A stretch of DNA of 64,000 bases from the human T2T-CHM13v2.0 reference genome, Homo sapiens. The notes beneath the pieces are model-generated. The model was not told where the DNA came from, ran no database searches, and worked only from the letters and a program-made list of their open reading frames with translations. Of the stretch, positions 46,198-61,212 are shown one piece after another (within the stretch, counting starts at the first letter, position 1; every line of letters starts with the position of its first letter). The position numbers and the translations under genes were made by a program. Where the stretch lies: NCBI RefSeq assembly GCF_009914755.1, contig NC_060942.1. One strand, given 5' to 3'.

Positions 46198-47559
46198 TCT
46201 AAAGTGAACTGAATGCTTTGTCTCAAGGTCTGTGTAACATTCTAAATGATCATCGCTTTTGATCACTAACTCTGAATAGTGATTATTCGCATTACTTTCT
46301 CAGTAATTGTACTAGTGCCAAAGCAACCAAAAATTTACCAACTGTACTGTATGCTTTTATCACTACCATAGCTATTATGTCACTTTTGTAATCTATATTA
46401 TAAAAGATATAGTATATGACATAAAATATCAGTTCTGTTTTTTTTTTAAGCCAAACAAATGAGCTCTCTTGCATTTATACCCGGAGGTTCATGAATTTTC
46501 TTCATTCAATGGTCTTACCTTCTCCATTATCTTCTTTTAGACTAAGATTTGTTTGATAAACATGTTTTTCTATTAACATATAATTATGAATCTTGTACCC
46601 TAAAGTCTCTGTGACATCCATAATGGTTTATAAGCATATACAATCATAATCACTGTTCCCAAATTTTCTCTCCCTTCATCCTCCCAATGTTCTGGCTCCC
46701 AACATGTGTCTTCAAAACTGTGACTAACTCCCACAACAATCGCTTAATTTTATCTTGGTATCATCTCTCTAACTCCTATGAAAATGTCACCTGAAATCTT
46801 TCCTTATCAGGTATGTGAGGCTGATAAACATCTTCTTTGCAGCCTTATTATTTAGGTATCATACACCAGAGCCCAGAAAAGTAAATCTTTATATTTCACT
46901 ATTCAGTCAAATGTTCACAGATTCTCCTTTCCCTTTTGTTTCCACACACTTCTTAACACAAAGAGATAAAAATTAACAGGTTGCAATATAATTAAACCTG
47001 ATGATTAAAAATTATATTTGAGGCTTAATTTAATATGACTTAAGCTGAATTTTTTAAAGAAAAATATTTTATCCCATATTCCAGGTATATTCTTAGATCA
47101 CTACATCTGATATATGTCAGCAAAAAGCAATTAGAAACAAAACAAAAATTTACCTTTAATAAAATAATTTTGATGTGCTTGCTGATGAAAGCTAAATCTA
47201 TATAAAAGAATTTCAGCGGTATGTAAAATGCTATCCTATACAAATCTATTGCTCTGTGTGAAACATAAAAACACAATGCCAGTAATTGAAGGAGAATGTT
47301 CTAATTATATTGAAAAAATAAGTTTGTTATGTTTATTTACACTTATAACATGTTTATTCACCTTGTTTTTGTTCATGTCTTTAAATTTTATTATGATTTC
47401 ATGGTAGCCACATACATTGTTTTCCTTAAAAAATTAACTTACATAGAAGTAATTTTTTTTCTTGAAGTAACATATTGGTTTAGAATTAGGCTGATTACTA
47501 AATGAGCATTAAACTTCATGTTTTTTAAGGTTGAGTTTGTTAATATAACTAATAAACAT

Positions 47560-50360
47560 AGAGTAAATGATGCTTTTTGTATATAGATTTCAATGCATTT
47601 CTGACTAACACATATACTCATGTAATCATCACCACAAAGAGGTTACAGAATTCCAAGGTTTCTTCATACCCTTTTCTAACTCCTGAAGTTTTACCTCAAC
47701 CATAGGATTTCTAGCTCAAAGTTTTGCATTTCCAGCATGTCCTACAAATGGAATCATGCAGTATGTAGCCTTTTTGTGTCTGGCTTTTTTCACTTAACAG
47801 AATGCTTCTGAGATTGCTGGATATTGCACATAGCAGTAATTCATTACTTTTTATTATTCAGTAATATCCCACTATGTGGTTGTACCACAATTTATCCATT
47901 GATCAGCTGACGGGCACTTGAGTTGCTTCCAGTTTTCAGCAAACATAAAGTTGCCTTAAACATTTTAATACAGCTCTTTGTGCAGACATATGCTTTCATT
48001 TCTTTTCAGTAAATATCTAGGAGCAGAATTCCTGGGGTCATATAGTAAAGTGCATGTATAACTTTATAAGAAACAACCAAACTGTTTTCCAAAGTGCCTT
48101 ACCATTTACCAGTCAGCAATGTACAGGGTTCCAGCTGCAATGCATTTTCATAAATACTTGATATTGTCAGTTTAGAAAGTTTTAATCATTCTAATAGAGG
48201 TGTACTAGTATCTTATTGTGGCCATAATTTGCAACTTCCTAATGACTAACCACCATGAACAGTTCTGCACATGTTTACTGGCCATTTTTACATCTTCTTT
48301 GGAGAAATGTCTATTCAAATATTTTTCCTACTTTTAAACTGAACTATTTGTCTTATTATTATTGAGTTGTTACACTTGTTTATATATTCTAGATACCAGT
48401 CCTTTATTGGACATATGATTTGCTAATGTTTTCCTATTTTGTAAGTTGTCTTTTCACTCTTTTTTTTTTTTTTTTTTTTTGAGACAAAGTCTTGCTCTGT
48501 CGCCCAGGCTGGAGTGCAGTGGTGCAATCTTGGCTCACTGCAACCTCCACCTCCTGGGTTCAAGCAATTCTCCTTGCCTCAGCCTCTGAAGTAGCTGGGA
48601 TTACAGGTGTCTGCCAACATGTCTGCTAATTTTTGCATTTTTAGTAGAGATGGGGTTTCGCCATGTTGGCCAGGCTGGTCTGGAACTCCTGGACAGAACT
48701 GATCTGCCCGCCTCAGCCTCCCAAAGTGCTGGGATTACAGGCGTGAGCCACCATGCCTGGCCTTCACTCTTGATAGTATCTTTGAAGCATAAATAAAAGT
48801 TTTTTATTTTGATGATGTCCAGTTTATCTATTTTTCTTTTGTTGCTTGTGCTTTTGGTATTACGTCTAAGAAACCACTGCTTAGTCCGAGGTCATGAAGA
48901 TTTCAACCTATGTTTTCTCCTAAGAGTTTTACATTTTTAACTTTTATATTTTCGGTTAATTTTTGTACATGATATGAGGTAGGAGTCCAAATTCATTCCC
49001 TTGCGTACGGATATCCAGTTGTCTGAACACCACTGGTTGAAAGGACTATTCTTTCTTCTTTTACATGCTTTGCAACTATTTTTTCCCAGCCTTTGGCTTA
49101 TCTTTTCATTTTCTGAACAGTGTCTTCTGAAGAGAACTATTTTAAATTTCGATAAGTCTAATTTATCCTTTTTCAAAAATGGTTTGTGTTATTTGTGTCC
49201 TATCTAAGAAAAACTTGCCTAAGGAAAGTGGCAAATATGTTCTATGTTTTCTTCTAGAAGTGTTATTGTTTTAGCTCTTACATTTACGTTGATGATCTAT
49301 TTTGAGTTAATTTTTGTATACAGTGGAAACTGAGGCTTGAACATTGAATTATCCTGTCACCTTTGTTGAAATCAATTAACCATATACTTGCATGCACAGG
49401 TCTATTTCTAGATGCTCTTTTCTGTTCCACTGAACTATGTGTTTATTCTTTCATCAAGACTATACTGTCTTGATATTGACCTTAATCCTCCAACTTGCTC
49501 TTACTTTTCGAAACTGTTTTGGCTGTTCCAGGTCCTTTACATTTCCATATGAATTACAGAATTGCTGGTCACCTTATACAAAAAACTGTCTGCTAAGGTT
49601 CTGAGAATATACGGACTCTATAGATCAATTAATTTGGGGACTGTTAACATTTTAATATTGAATTGTACAATCCATGAACATTGAATATCTTGTTAGGTCT
49701 TCCTTAATTTCTGTCTACAATGCTGTATAGTTTTCAGTAAACAGGTTTACACATATTTTGTCAAATTTACTCCTAAATTTTTCATGTTTTTGCTTCTATT
49801 GTAAATGGTGCTGTATTTGTTATAATAAATTAATTCCCAATTGCTTGTTGTTAATAAATGTATGTGCAACTGCTTTTTGGATATTAATCTTCTAACTTTC
49901 AACCTTGCTGAATGTACTTATTAGTTCATGTAGCTTTTTTGCAGAATCTTGAGGATTTTCTATATGGAAAATCATGCTGTCTAAATTGGGAAAGTTTTAC
50001 TTCTTCCTTTTCAATCTGTACGGCTTTTCTTTATTTTACCTGATGGCACTGGCTAGAACTTCTAAGACAATGTTAAATAAAAGTGGTAAGAGAGGACAGA
50101 TTTGCCTTTTCCAATCTTAGGGGAAAAGCATTCGTCTTAAACAAGTAGATACAATCTAAACTGTAGGTTTCTTGTAGATTCCCTTTATTGGGGAAAGGAA
50201 GCTTCCTTCACTTCCTAGTTTGCAGACAGATATTTTAAAATTGTGAATGGATATTAAATTTTATCAAATGCTTTTTCTGCATCTACTAAATTTCCTTTTT
50301 AAAATATGTTAATGTGGTAAATTAAGCTAACTGATTTTTGAATTTTATACTAACTTAGTA
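47560..50360 (-). mobile_element. Old L1M fragments (sense to ROCK1), with an Alu insertion
   Basis: Reverse L1 3' UTR and ORF2 motifs (tcttctttggagaaatgtctattcaaat; ttttatcaaatgctttttctgcatct). Confidence 0.8.
48459..48762 (-). mobile_element. AluSx/Sz
   Basis: Reverse Alu; TSD ttcactctt. Confidence 0.9.
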
Positions 50361-51607
50361 ATCCTGGCATAAACTATCCTTGGTCATGATTTTTACCTAC
50401 TGCTACATATGACTGCCCTAAAATTTTGTTATATTATTCTCTGCATTTTTCTCCAATTTAAAAATTAAAATAAATTGTACAGGTTTACCAGTTAAAACAG
50501 TTTACTTTAGATTTACACTTTTATTTCACTTATTTCTACTAAAGCATTAATGTCTCTATTTATAAAATATACAAGCATACTTAACATTATGAAAGCAACA
50601 AAGTAGCACAGTTTAAGGAAGCATGAATTTCATTCTTGCTAGCCATTACTTTAAAAAAAACCATGCCCCACCCTCTGCCTTTGTACTAAGGAGCATTTAC
50701 CCCTTATCTACACCATCTCTATAAATGCCAGTTACCATTAAGATAAATAGTCAAGCCTCTCCATCTTTTTAGTTCCTTCACTATGTTGTCAGGTAGGGAG
50801 GTAAGCAACTGTAAATATTAATAAAATTTTACTGCTATGTCCATAGGACATGAGAAATAATTAAAACTTTTATACTTAAAAACTTCTCAGTTCAGAATCT
50901 GGCACCATATTCAAAAACGAAAATAAAACAATAATTTTTTAAAAATTGAAAAACTAAAAGATCATAAAATTAAAAAATTCTAATACAAGATTTCAAAGTA
51001 TAGAAGTGATTTAAAAAATCAAAAAGATATGACTATTTAGAAAAACAAAACCTTTGTAATAAAACATATATAACCAAAATTGAAAGATAACACCAAAACC
51101 AATCAAACTTACATGTATCAATATTTATAGTTCAGAAACAGAAATAAATAAAGTAAGGAGGACTTTATGATCTAAATCTTATCAATTCTTTAAGATTAAA
51201 AGTTTGAAATTATAAGTTATTTAATCAAATTTTTAAATGATAAAATCCAATCTAAAAAGGAGCCTTCGGAAAAGAATATCTGTAAAATTTAAATATAAAA
51301 CAGCTTTCATGGAGAAAAATTCTCATGTCTCAGCAGTTACTCAAACTCAATGTGCAGTTATTCAAACTCAATGCACAGTTTTTTGAATACTTATTTTAAC
51401 TATTTTTCATCCCTTTCTCTTCAAAATATTTTGGTTCTCCTAACAGGCATCCAAATTGTTTCTTTCACACTTCCTACTAAATTCTATGTAGAAATCATTG
51501 ATGAAATCACCAAAAAGTAAATAGAAGAAAAAATAAGGGCTTGAATGACATAAGTGAAAATGTAGTTATATGAAGTCTGTCATTAACCTCCACAAAAAAT
51601 TACTTAC

Positions 51608-51689
51608 ATCTGCTTAAAAAGTTGTCAATATTTTTGTTTTTTCTTAAGGCAGGAAAATCCAAATCATATACCAAAGCATCCAATCCATC
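51608..51689 (-). CDS. ROCK1: ROCK1 exon 2 (82 nt; DGLDALVYDLDFPALRKNKNIDNFLSR)
   Basis: Acceptor tttgtttctttag|GAT, donor AGAT|gtaagt; N-terminal extension/dimerisation region. Confidence 0.97.
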
Positions 51690-52257
51690 CTAAAGAAACA
51701 AACAAACAATGGTTAGTTTTTTGGATCACATTATACAGTCTCCTTTTTTATGAAAGAATAAAATATACGCTTTAATATTTAATTTCCCCTAACACATCTT
51801 GTGTACATTTAACACCCTCTACAAGGTTAGATGAGTACTGGGAGAAAAGTGGTTTTCATTTCATATGCAGTTCTTTTTACCTTCTAAGTCTGCCAGGCCC
51901 AGGGGCAAGAAAATTACCACAGATTGGCTGCAAGTGATTTCAATCCATGCACTTTTCCCCTCATAAGGACATGAAATTTTATTTTGCATTACTTCTCCTT
52001 ACTACTGCATTTATCTTTATCTTAGACATCAAAAACCTACATTTGTTACTATAAATATTTTATAAGGTAACAGCTAAATAATAATAAAATGTGAGGTTTA
52101 ATATAAAATAAATACTGCATAATCACAAATGCAAGCTATATACATTTTTAATTATAAAAATGTATTAGATTGTCATGGGTCTTCTTTCTTTCTTTGAGGC
52201 ACTTTCTAGGGAAAGCTAGCAGTAAAGGACACACCTGAGCTTTTGCATTTTTTCTGC

Positions 52258-52551
52258 TTTTTTTTTTTTTTTTTTGAGGGTCTTGCTCTGTTGGCCAGGC
52301 TGGAGTGCAGTGGTGCAATGCTGGCTCAATGCAACCTCCACCTCCTGGGCTCAAGCCATCTTCCTGCCTCAGCCTCTTGAGTAGCGGGGACTACAGGCTC
52401 ACGCTACCACACCTGGCTAAATTTCGTCTTTTTATAGACAGAGTTTCACCATATTGCCCAGGCTGGTCTTGAACTCCAGACCTCAAGCAATTGCTCCTGT
52501 CTCAGAGTCCCAAAGTGCTGGGATTACAGGTGTGAGCCACCACGCCTGGCC
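52258..52551 (-). mobile_element. AluJb-like
   Basis: Reverse Alu. Confidence 0.88.
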
Positions 52552-52899
52552 GAACTTTTGCTTTTAAGTGGATATTTAAATATTATCTAAGCAAGTGCAT
52601 GGCAGTGTGAAGGTATACCAAGCAGTGTTGAAGTGGGAAAGCATCTATTCAGACTATATCCTGCTGCATGGCAGGAACTGGAAGAACTTCAGATAATCCT
52701 AAGCAATCTTCACTATAAAGTCTTACTCTTTAGTAAATGTTGTTTGTATAATTGAATAGCACTATGGAAAAGAATGGTTTTTGCGTGATGCTTAATAATG
52801 TAATCAGTTCCAGACAGGTCAAAACATTAAAAAAATAAAGAACCAGGCAAAAGCATTTTAAAGAAAAAAATAGTATATTTACATGATACCGTTGGGAGA

Positions 52900-53015
52900 A
52901 CAAGTCACATAACCTTTCTGAGCCTCAGTTTTCTTTTTTGTAAAATGAGGAATAATGATTACAACACATAACAGATTTGTGAGAATTAAATGAGTTAACA
53001 TGTGAAGTGTCTGGA
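52900..53015 (+). mobile_element. MIR
   Basis: caagtcacataacctttctgagcctcagttttc...tgtaaaatgaggaataat. Confidence 0.8.
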
Positions 53016-53863
53016 CCTTAATAGTCTCACTTCTCTCTCTTTTATTTCTGTTACTGACATTTGAAAGCTCTGAATGTTAGTCTCCCTATTAACAGGAATG
53101 ACCTACACAGAAAACAGACATTTTAGTCACGTGGTCATAAAACCTTAAAAGTAAATCTTAGGTCATGATGTTAAACCCTTCCCCAATGCAGTAATCCAAA
53201 GTACTTTTGTTGTTGTTACACATGGGCATCTGAGTTTTGCGTGACCAAGTATTTGATCATGTGTTTGTTAATGAAAAATGAGCTGCCTCCACTAATTACA
53301 TATAGTCACTAAGTGTTTGGACCTGGTACCACACACTTTAATTCTACAATACCATGGGATAGTCTATTACTTTTCAGCATCACCCATAAGCAAAACTTGT
53401 GTGCCTTTATTAGGGAAATAAAGTTGGCAAGAATGTATTCTTCTAACTTAACCAAAGCATATACCAACTGAGGTTTCTAAGGGGAGTCAAGACACTGGGG
53501 TGGGAGAGAGGGATGCAGGCTTCCATTTTAATGCAGTGGAAAAGCTGCACAATGCAAGGAATGTGTATGTCCAACTATAAATGAGGCAGGAACCTTAGCT
53601 TTTATTCAATACTCTGAAGTTCCATAAAATAATGCAGATAAGACTTCCACACTTCCTAAAAGTCCAAATTCTAGTACCAGGACTCGGAATGTTAACATAA
53701 CATTCATCCAAGTGCAAAAACAATTCACGAGGAATGATAATCAAAGGATATACTTCCACTGATCCTTCACTTAATTTTATGATTTAGGCATGAGCAAAAC
53801 TACCTTCTACTTTCACAACATGTCCATCATATAGCTTAATCATCAATTTAAAAATGTAGAGGA

Positions 53864-54204
<341 letters not shown>

Positions 54205-54938
54205 TCAATGTCAAAAAATTACAGTAATTAAATTCTTTGCTACTAATAGTTGAACAAGGGTAGTAGACCAGTTGTAGCAGTTACATTTTAAAAGAAGGTA
54301 GTTACATAAGAGAAGTATTTTCACATATACACACAAAGGCAGGCATAATCAATTAAAAGTATAACATTTTACAGTGATCTCTAAAGTAAAAACACTTCAC
54401 ATTTCCTGAGAAGCACTGATATGGCAGGGGGAGCAGGGGGAAGAGGAGGTAGAGGTCCATTGTGTTATGCCACAACAGAGTTCAAGTGAAAGCAGAAGCA
54501 AAAGAAAATTATTCAACACTACTACAAACTTTAGTTTTCTGGATAAATCTGAATTAACAAATATGAGTCAGGTGTAAAACATCATTTAGGATTAAATCCA
54601 TTAAAAGTAACACATTATAAGGTATGAGAATTTAATGGCACTAGGAAAGGACAGTTACACTATTATAAGAAACATTCATTTTTAGGTAAATTTTCAAAAC
54701 CTAAATGGTTATTATTTTAAACCTAACAGACATATTTTTGGAGAAACACCACCCCACCCTCAAAATCCATTGAAAACTATGGCAGCAAAACTGGGGCTTC
54801 TGAAAATCAAACTACTTCTAAAATGGGCTGACCACTGGTACTAAAGACTGCTGACCAACTTTGGTAAGAGAGGATATACCATTTAAAGAAAATGTTTTTG
54901 GTATATGTAGTAGAATGTTGTTTTAACTAAGTCCCTTA

Positions 54939-55232
54939 GGCCAGATGCTGTGGCTCACAACTGCAATCCCAGCACTTTGGGAGATCGAGACAGGAGGATC
55001 ACTTGAAACCAGGAGTTCAAGACCAGCCTAGACAACATAGCAAGACCCTATCTCTACAAAAATAAAAGTAAAAAAAATAGCTGGGCGTGGTGCCGCATGC
55101 TTGCAGTCCCAGCTACTTGAGAGGCTGAGGCAGGAAGATCGCTTGAGCCCAGGAGCTCAAGGCTACAGTAATCTATGATTTTGCCACTGCACTACAGCCC
55201 TGGTGACAGAGTGGGACCCTGTCTCTAAAAAT
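54939..55232 (+). mobile_element. AluJ
   Basis: caacatagcaagacccta; gcttgagcccaggag. Confidence 0.88.
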
Positions 55233-55899
55233 CAATCAGTCTGTCAATCTCTCTTCACTTGATAAAGAAATAATTCATCAAAATTAAGCACAGCTATGAA
55301 AATGAAAACAGAATTTCCTTAGGGAATTTTAACAACCTGATATTAAATACAGTTAAAATCTGTTTAACTGGTGTGACATTACTATACCCATGTCAATGCT
55401 GCCCAGGACATTTATAGTCAATAAATAAGTAAATAATGTTCCAAATTATCTAGTACAACAAACAATGGCTCTTCCCAATCAGTCTCCAATCATACCTTTG
55501 TCCAGCCTGTTTCTCTACACATACATAGCTGGGCTTAGGCCACAGTGTGCTACCAGCCATTTCCCAAATAAGCCAGGCTCACTCTACCCTATGGGGCCTT
55601 TGCACCTGCTCTATTCTCCCGCTGGAATGTGAACATTCTTACATTAAGACTGCCTCAAATGTCCCTTACTTTGTGCTGCCTTCCCCAGTGCCCTGAGGGG
55701 AAATGTTACATAACCTCCTTTGTGCTATTACAGAAATTATGTATTTAGCTGTTATACTGTAATTATTTATTTCTAAATCTGCCTCCTCTTCTGCAGGAAA
55801 GCAGAAAAAAAATACTTCCTGTCTCTCAGAGTTCAGAAGTTAGTTAGTAGGTAGAAAAAGTAAATACAGGATATCAAGTGTTATAAGTAGGTACTACAT

Positions 55900-57240
<1,341 letters not shown>

Positions 57241-57258
57241 CAACAACGTGAATGATTA

Positions 57259-57588
<330 letters not shown>

Positions 57589-57736
57589 TTAAATGATAAG
57601 TTTTATGATACGTTTGTGTGTGTGTACATATATATACACACATAAAAATTTTTGTATTTGTAGTAGAGATGGGGTTTCACCATGTTGGCCAGGTTGGACT
57701 AAAATTTCTGACCTCAAGTGATCCTCCCCTCTTGGT

Positions 57737-57772
<36 letters not shown>

Positions 57773-58029
57773 AGCCATAATTTATTTTAAGTCACTATCA
57801 GATGTCAGCAAATTGGTGGACTAGGAAGCTCCAAGCTCTCCTTCACCGACAGAAACATCAAAAGTAACAAGCTATCTGAAGCAGGTCTGCAATAGTTCTG
57901 GAAAATTTAGGTTTATAGCAAAAAACAAGCAAATATCCAATCAAGTAAAAGCTATCCCAAATGGTAGGAAAGTGTTATGGCAGTTTACTTGCTCTTGTCC
58001 CACCCCCTGCCAGAGAAAAGGACAGTCTT

Positions 58030-58337
<308 letters not shown>

Positions 58338-59055
58338 AAGGACAGTCTTAAGTCTTGAGCAGGTAGCAGACTGGTTCCTCCTCTTCCTACTCCCCCACAC
58401 CTTGAACCCAAGAGGGTAGAATAAGACCATACTGTGTATGTTCATTCTATCTTGTATGGGAGATACCTGAAGGACTAAGGCAAGAACCTAAACTCTGTTT
58501 CACATAATTCAGAACACAGGCAGGAAAAGCAGCTGGTGCTGCTCATAAAGGCTACAAGGAAGCTAACTACAAAACCTACTGACACACCTGAGGTAAAAGA
58601 TGGGGGAGTAGGGAGGACTAATGGACACAACACATACAATAGACCATCTAGGCCCAGAGGAGAAGTGGGGCGAGACTTTTTGGGAAATTAGATGATTCAA
58701 AAGCAGCCATGTATACAGGAGAATATAAAAAGCCGTGTGAAGCCCAGGCAAAAAAAGCATGCTAAGGAAAATCCTGAGAAGATCCTAAGCTCTCATCTCA
58801 TGTGAGTTTCATCCTGAAACTCAGAACAAGCCTAGCTAAGTGGTAAAGGAGTACCCCAGCAAAGGGCAAATCTGCAAAGACTGAGAGGTGGTTCTCTTTT
58901 TGTTTTCTGAGGCTTTTTTGCTATGTATTGGAGCATCTCACATTCAAGGAAATCTCTGTCCAAACATTAGCTGAATACAAGCTAAAGGAACCAAGACTTC
59001 AGTAATCACTCACAGTAAGGAATAGTCTTTGCAAAAACAATTTGGAAAAGTCTCA

Positions 59056-59464
<409 letters not shown>

Positions 59465-59468
59465 CTAG

Positions 59469-61212
59469 TGTGGTAGGAGTTATTAAGAAATTATTTTAGG
59501 CAGATAGAGAGGAAAAAAAAGGGTCCTTTGGAAGGTTTTTCGCAGCTCTTGTCTAGCAGGAAAGCCCGGGGCACCTGTGCTGTAATGGCAGTCTGAGTGG
59601 ATGGAGTTTGAGCTCTGGGACCCATCAGTCCTGCTGGACCATCTGTGAGACTAGTTCTGAACCCAGAACAAAAGACCAAAGCAGGTCTGTCTCCAGTAGT
59701 CTCCACCACAGGCTGGACAGGGTCAAGGTGGCTTTGTCTTGCTTCCTGGGCATTCCTTCTTAAAATGCCCTGACTGACCACATTGATAACAGCTAGTGGA
59801 TGCACCTTGGGGATTCAGGACTTTACAAGCTTGTAATGCTGCTACTAGAGCCTCTGTTTTTCTCTTGTACTTCCTCTCCTTTTCTCGGGCCTCCTCCCAA
59901 TCCCTTTTGTAAAAGACTGAAGTGGCTATTCTCAGGAGGCTTTCTAGGGTGCTATCTGGTTCTACTGCTTGCTTCTGTAGCTTTCTTCTAATATTGGGAG
60001 CTGCCTGTGTAATAAACTTGTCCTTCAGGATGAGCTGTCCCTCAACTAAATTGGGGTATAGAGAAGTGTGCTTTATTAGTGCCCCTCTCAGCCTTTCCAT
60101 AAAAGCTGTGGGATTCTTGTCTGGTTTTTGGTCTATCATGGACAGTTTGGAGTAATTGAGAGGTTTAGCTGTGGTCTTTCGCAGGCCTTCTAATATACAC
60201 CTTAAAAAGTGCTTCCTTTTCCATTCATCTGCTGAGTTATTGGGATCCCAGTTAGGGTTATTTACCGGAACTGCTTCCCTTCCTTGCAGGAGTGAAGTTT
60301 TCACCTCTTCCTCACCTTCCTTTTCTCCTCTTTTTTTCCTTGGTCTGCTGTATGGAGGCATGTTGCTCACCTCCATATTTTTCTGCTGCCTGCGGAACTG
60401 TCTGCTTTTCAGCTGTAGTGAGGGTTTAACTTAGCAGCAACATAACATCCCTCCACGTGAGATCAAACACCTGAGTTAAATTTCAGAAAATTTCTATATA
60501 CCTATCAGGGTCATCAGAAAATTGACCTAAGTCTCCCTTTGTTTGCTTAACGTCCTGCAATGAGAAGGGAACTTGAACCCTTATGGCACCATTCCCATCA
60601 GGCATTTCCTGGAGGGGTAAGAGTGAAGAGGGGAGAGTAGGACATACTGGAGATGGTGGTGCTGATGGTACAACTGGAGTGGAACCGGAAGGGTTGGGAC
60701 TTCAGTAGCTGTCTTAGATTGCTCCTCTGGAGCCCGCTTTAGCTCTGGGGAACTACTCCCTGTGGGTTTGCCTGCCATGGCTACTAAAAGAACTGGGTCG
60801 ATTGTACAGAACTTGTAAAGGTCTGGGTTGTCTCGCAGAGCAAAGAAAGCCTGTACATAGGGGACCTCAGTCCATTTGCCCTCCTGTGTGCAGAAAAGTT
60901 CTAACTGTTGGATAATATTAAAATTAAGTCTCCCCAGGCCAGGTTTACGAAGAGGATAGGAAGGCCATGCCCTTGTGCAGTAGAATACTGCTTTTTCTTC
61001 AAAGTTTTAGGGTCGAAGGAGTCCCAGTGCTTTAAAATACACTCCAGGGGAGTGCATGTTGAAGACGATCTGTTACCCATCTAGAAAGAGAAGTGAGAAC
61101 AAAAGCGTTCTCCTTCCTTTCGGTATGTGATCCACGTGTGTTCCTGTAGTTTTTTTCTAATTCGACTCGAGACGAAGACCCTGGTGTTCCCCCACTCATC
61201 AAAGCCATATCA
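59469..61212. mobile_element. Rearranged ERV1 (LTR9/HUERS-P3-like): LTR 5' piece (+), inverted gag-pro (-), LTR 3' piece (+)
   Basis: TG...CA termini; CTAG TSD at 59465-68 and 61213-16; family assignment from memory. Confidence 0.8.
59625..61080 (-). pseudogene. gag: Disrupted ERV1 gag (MA-CA-NC)
   Basis: Starts [24 protein letters not shown]; the 217-aa ORF 59723-60376 has capsid (LKDKFITQAAP) and a CCHC knuckle CYQCGQSGHFKKEC; ends QMVQQD*; frameshifts and stops upstream. Confidence 0.9.

Noticed and set aside
46510-46525. Strong minus-strand donor motif AAG|gtaaga in intron 2 (similar one at ~19871)
   Set aside because: No convincing paired acceptor or reading frame; such motifs are common in long introns.
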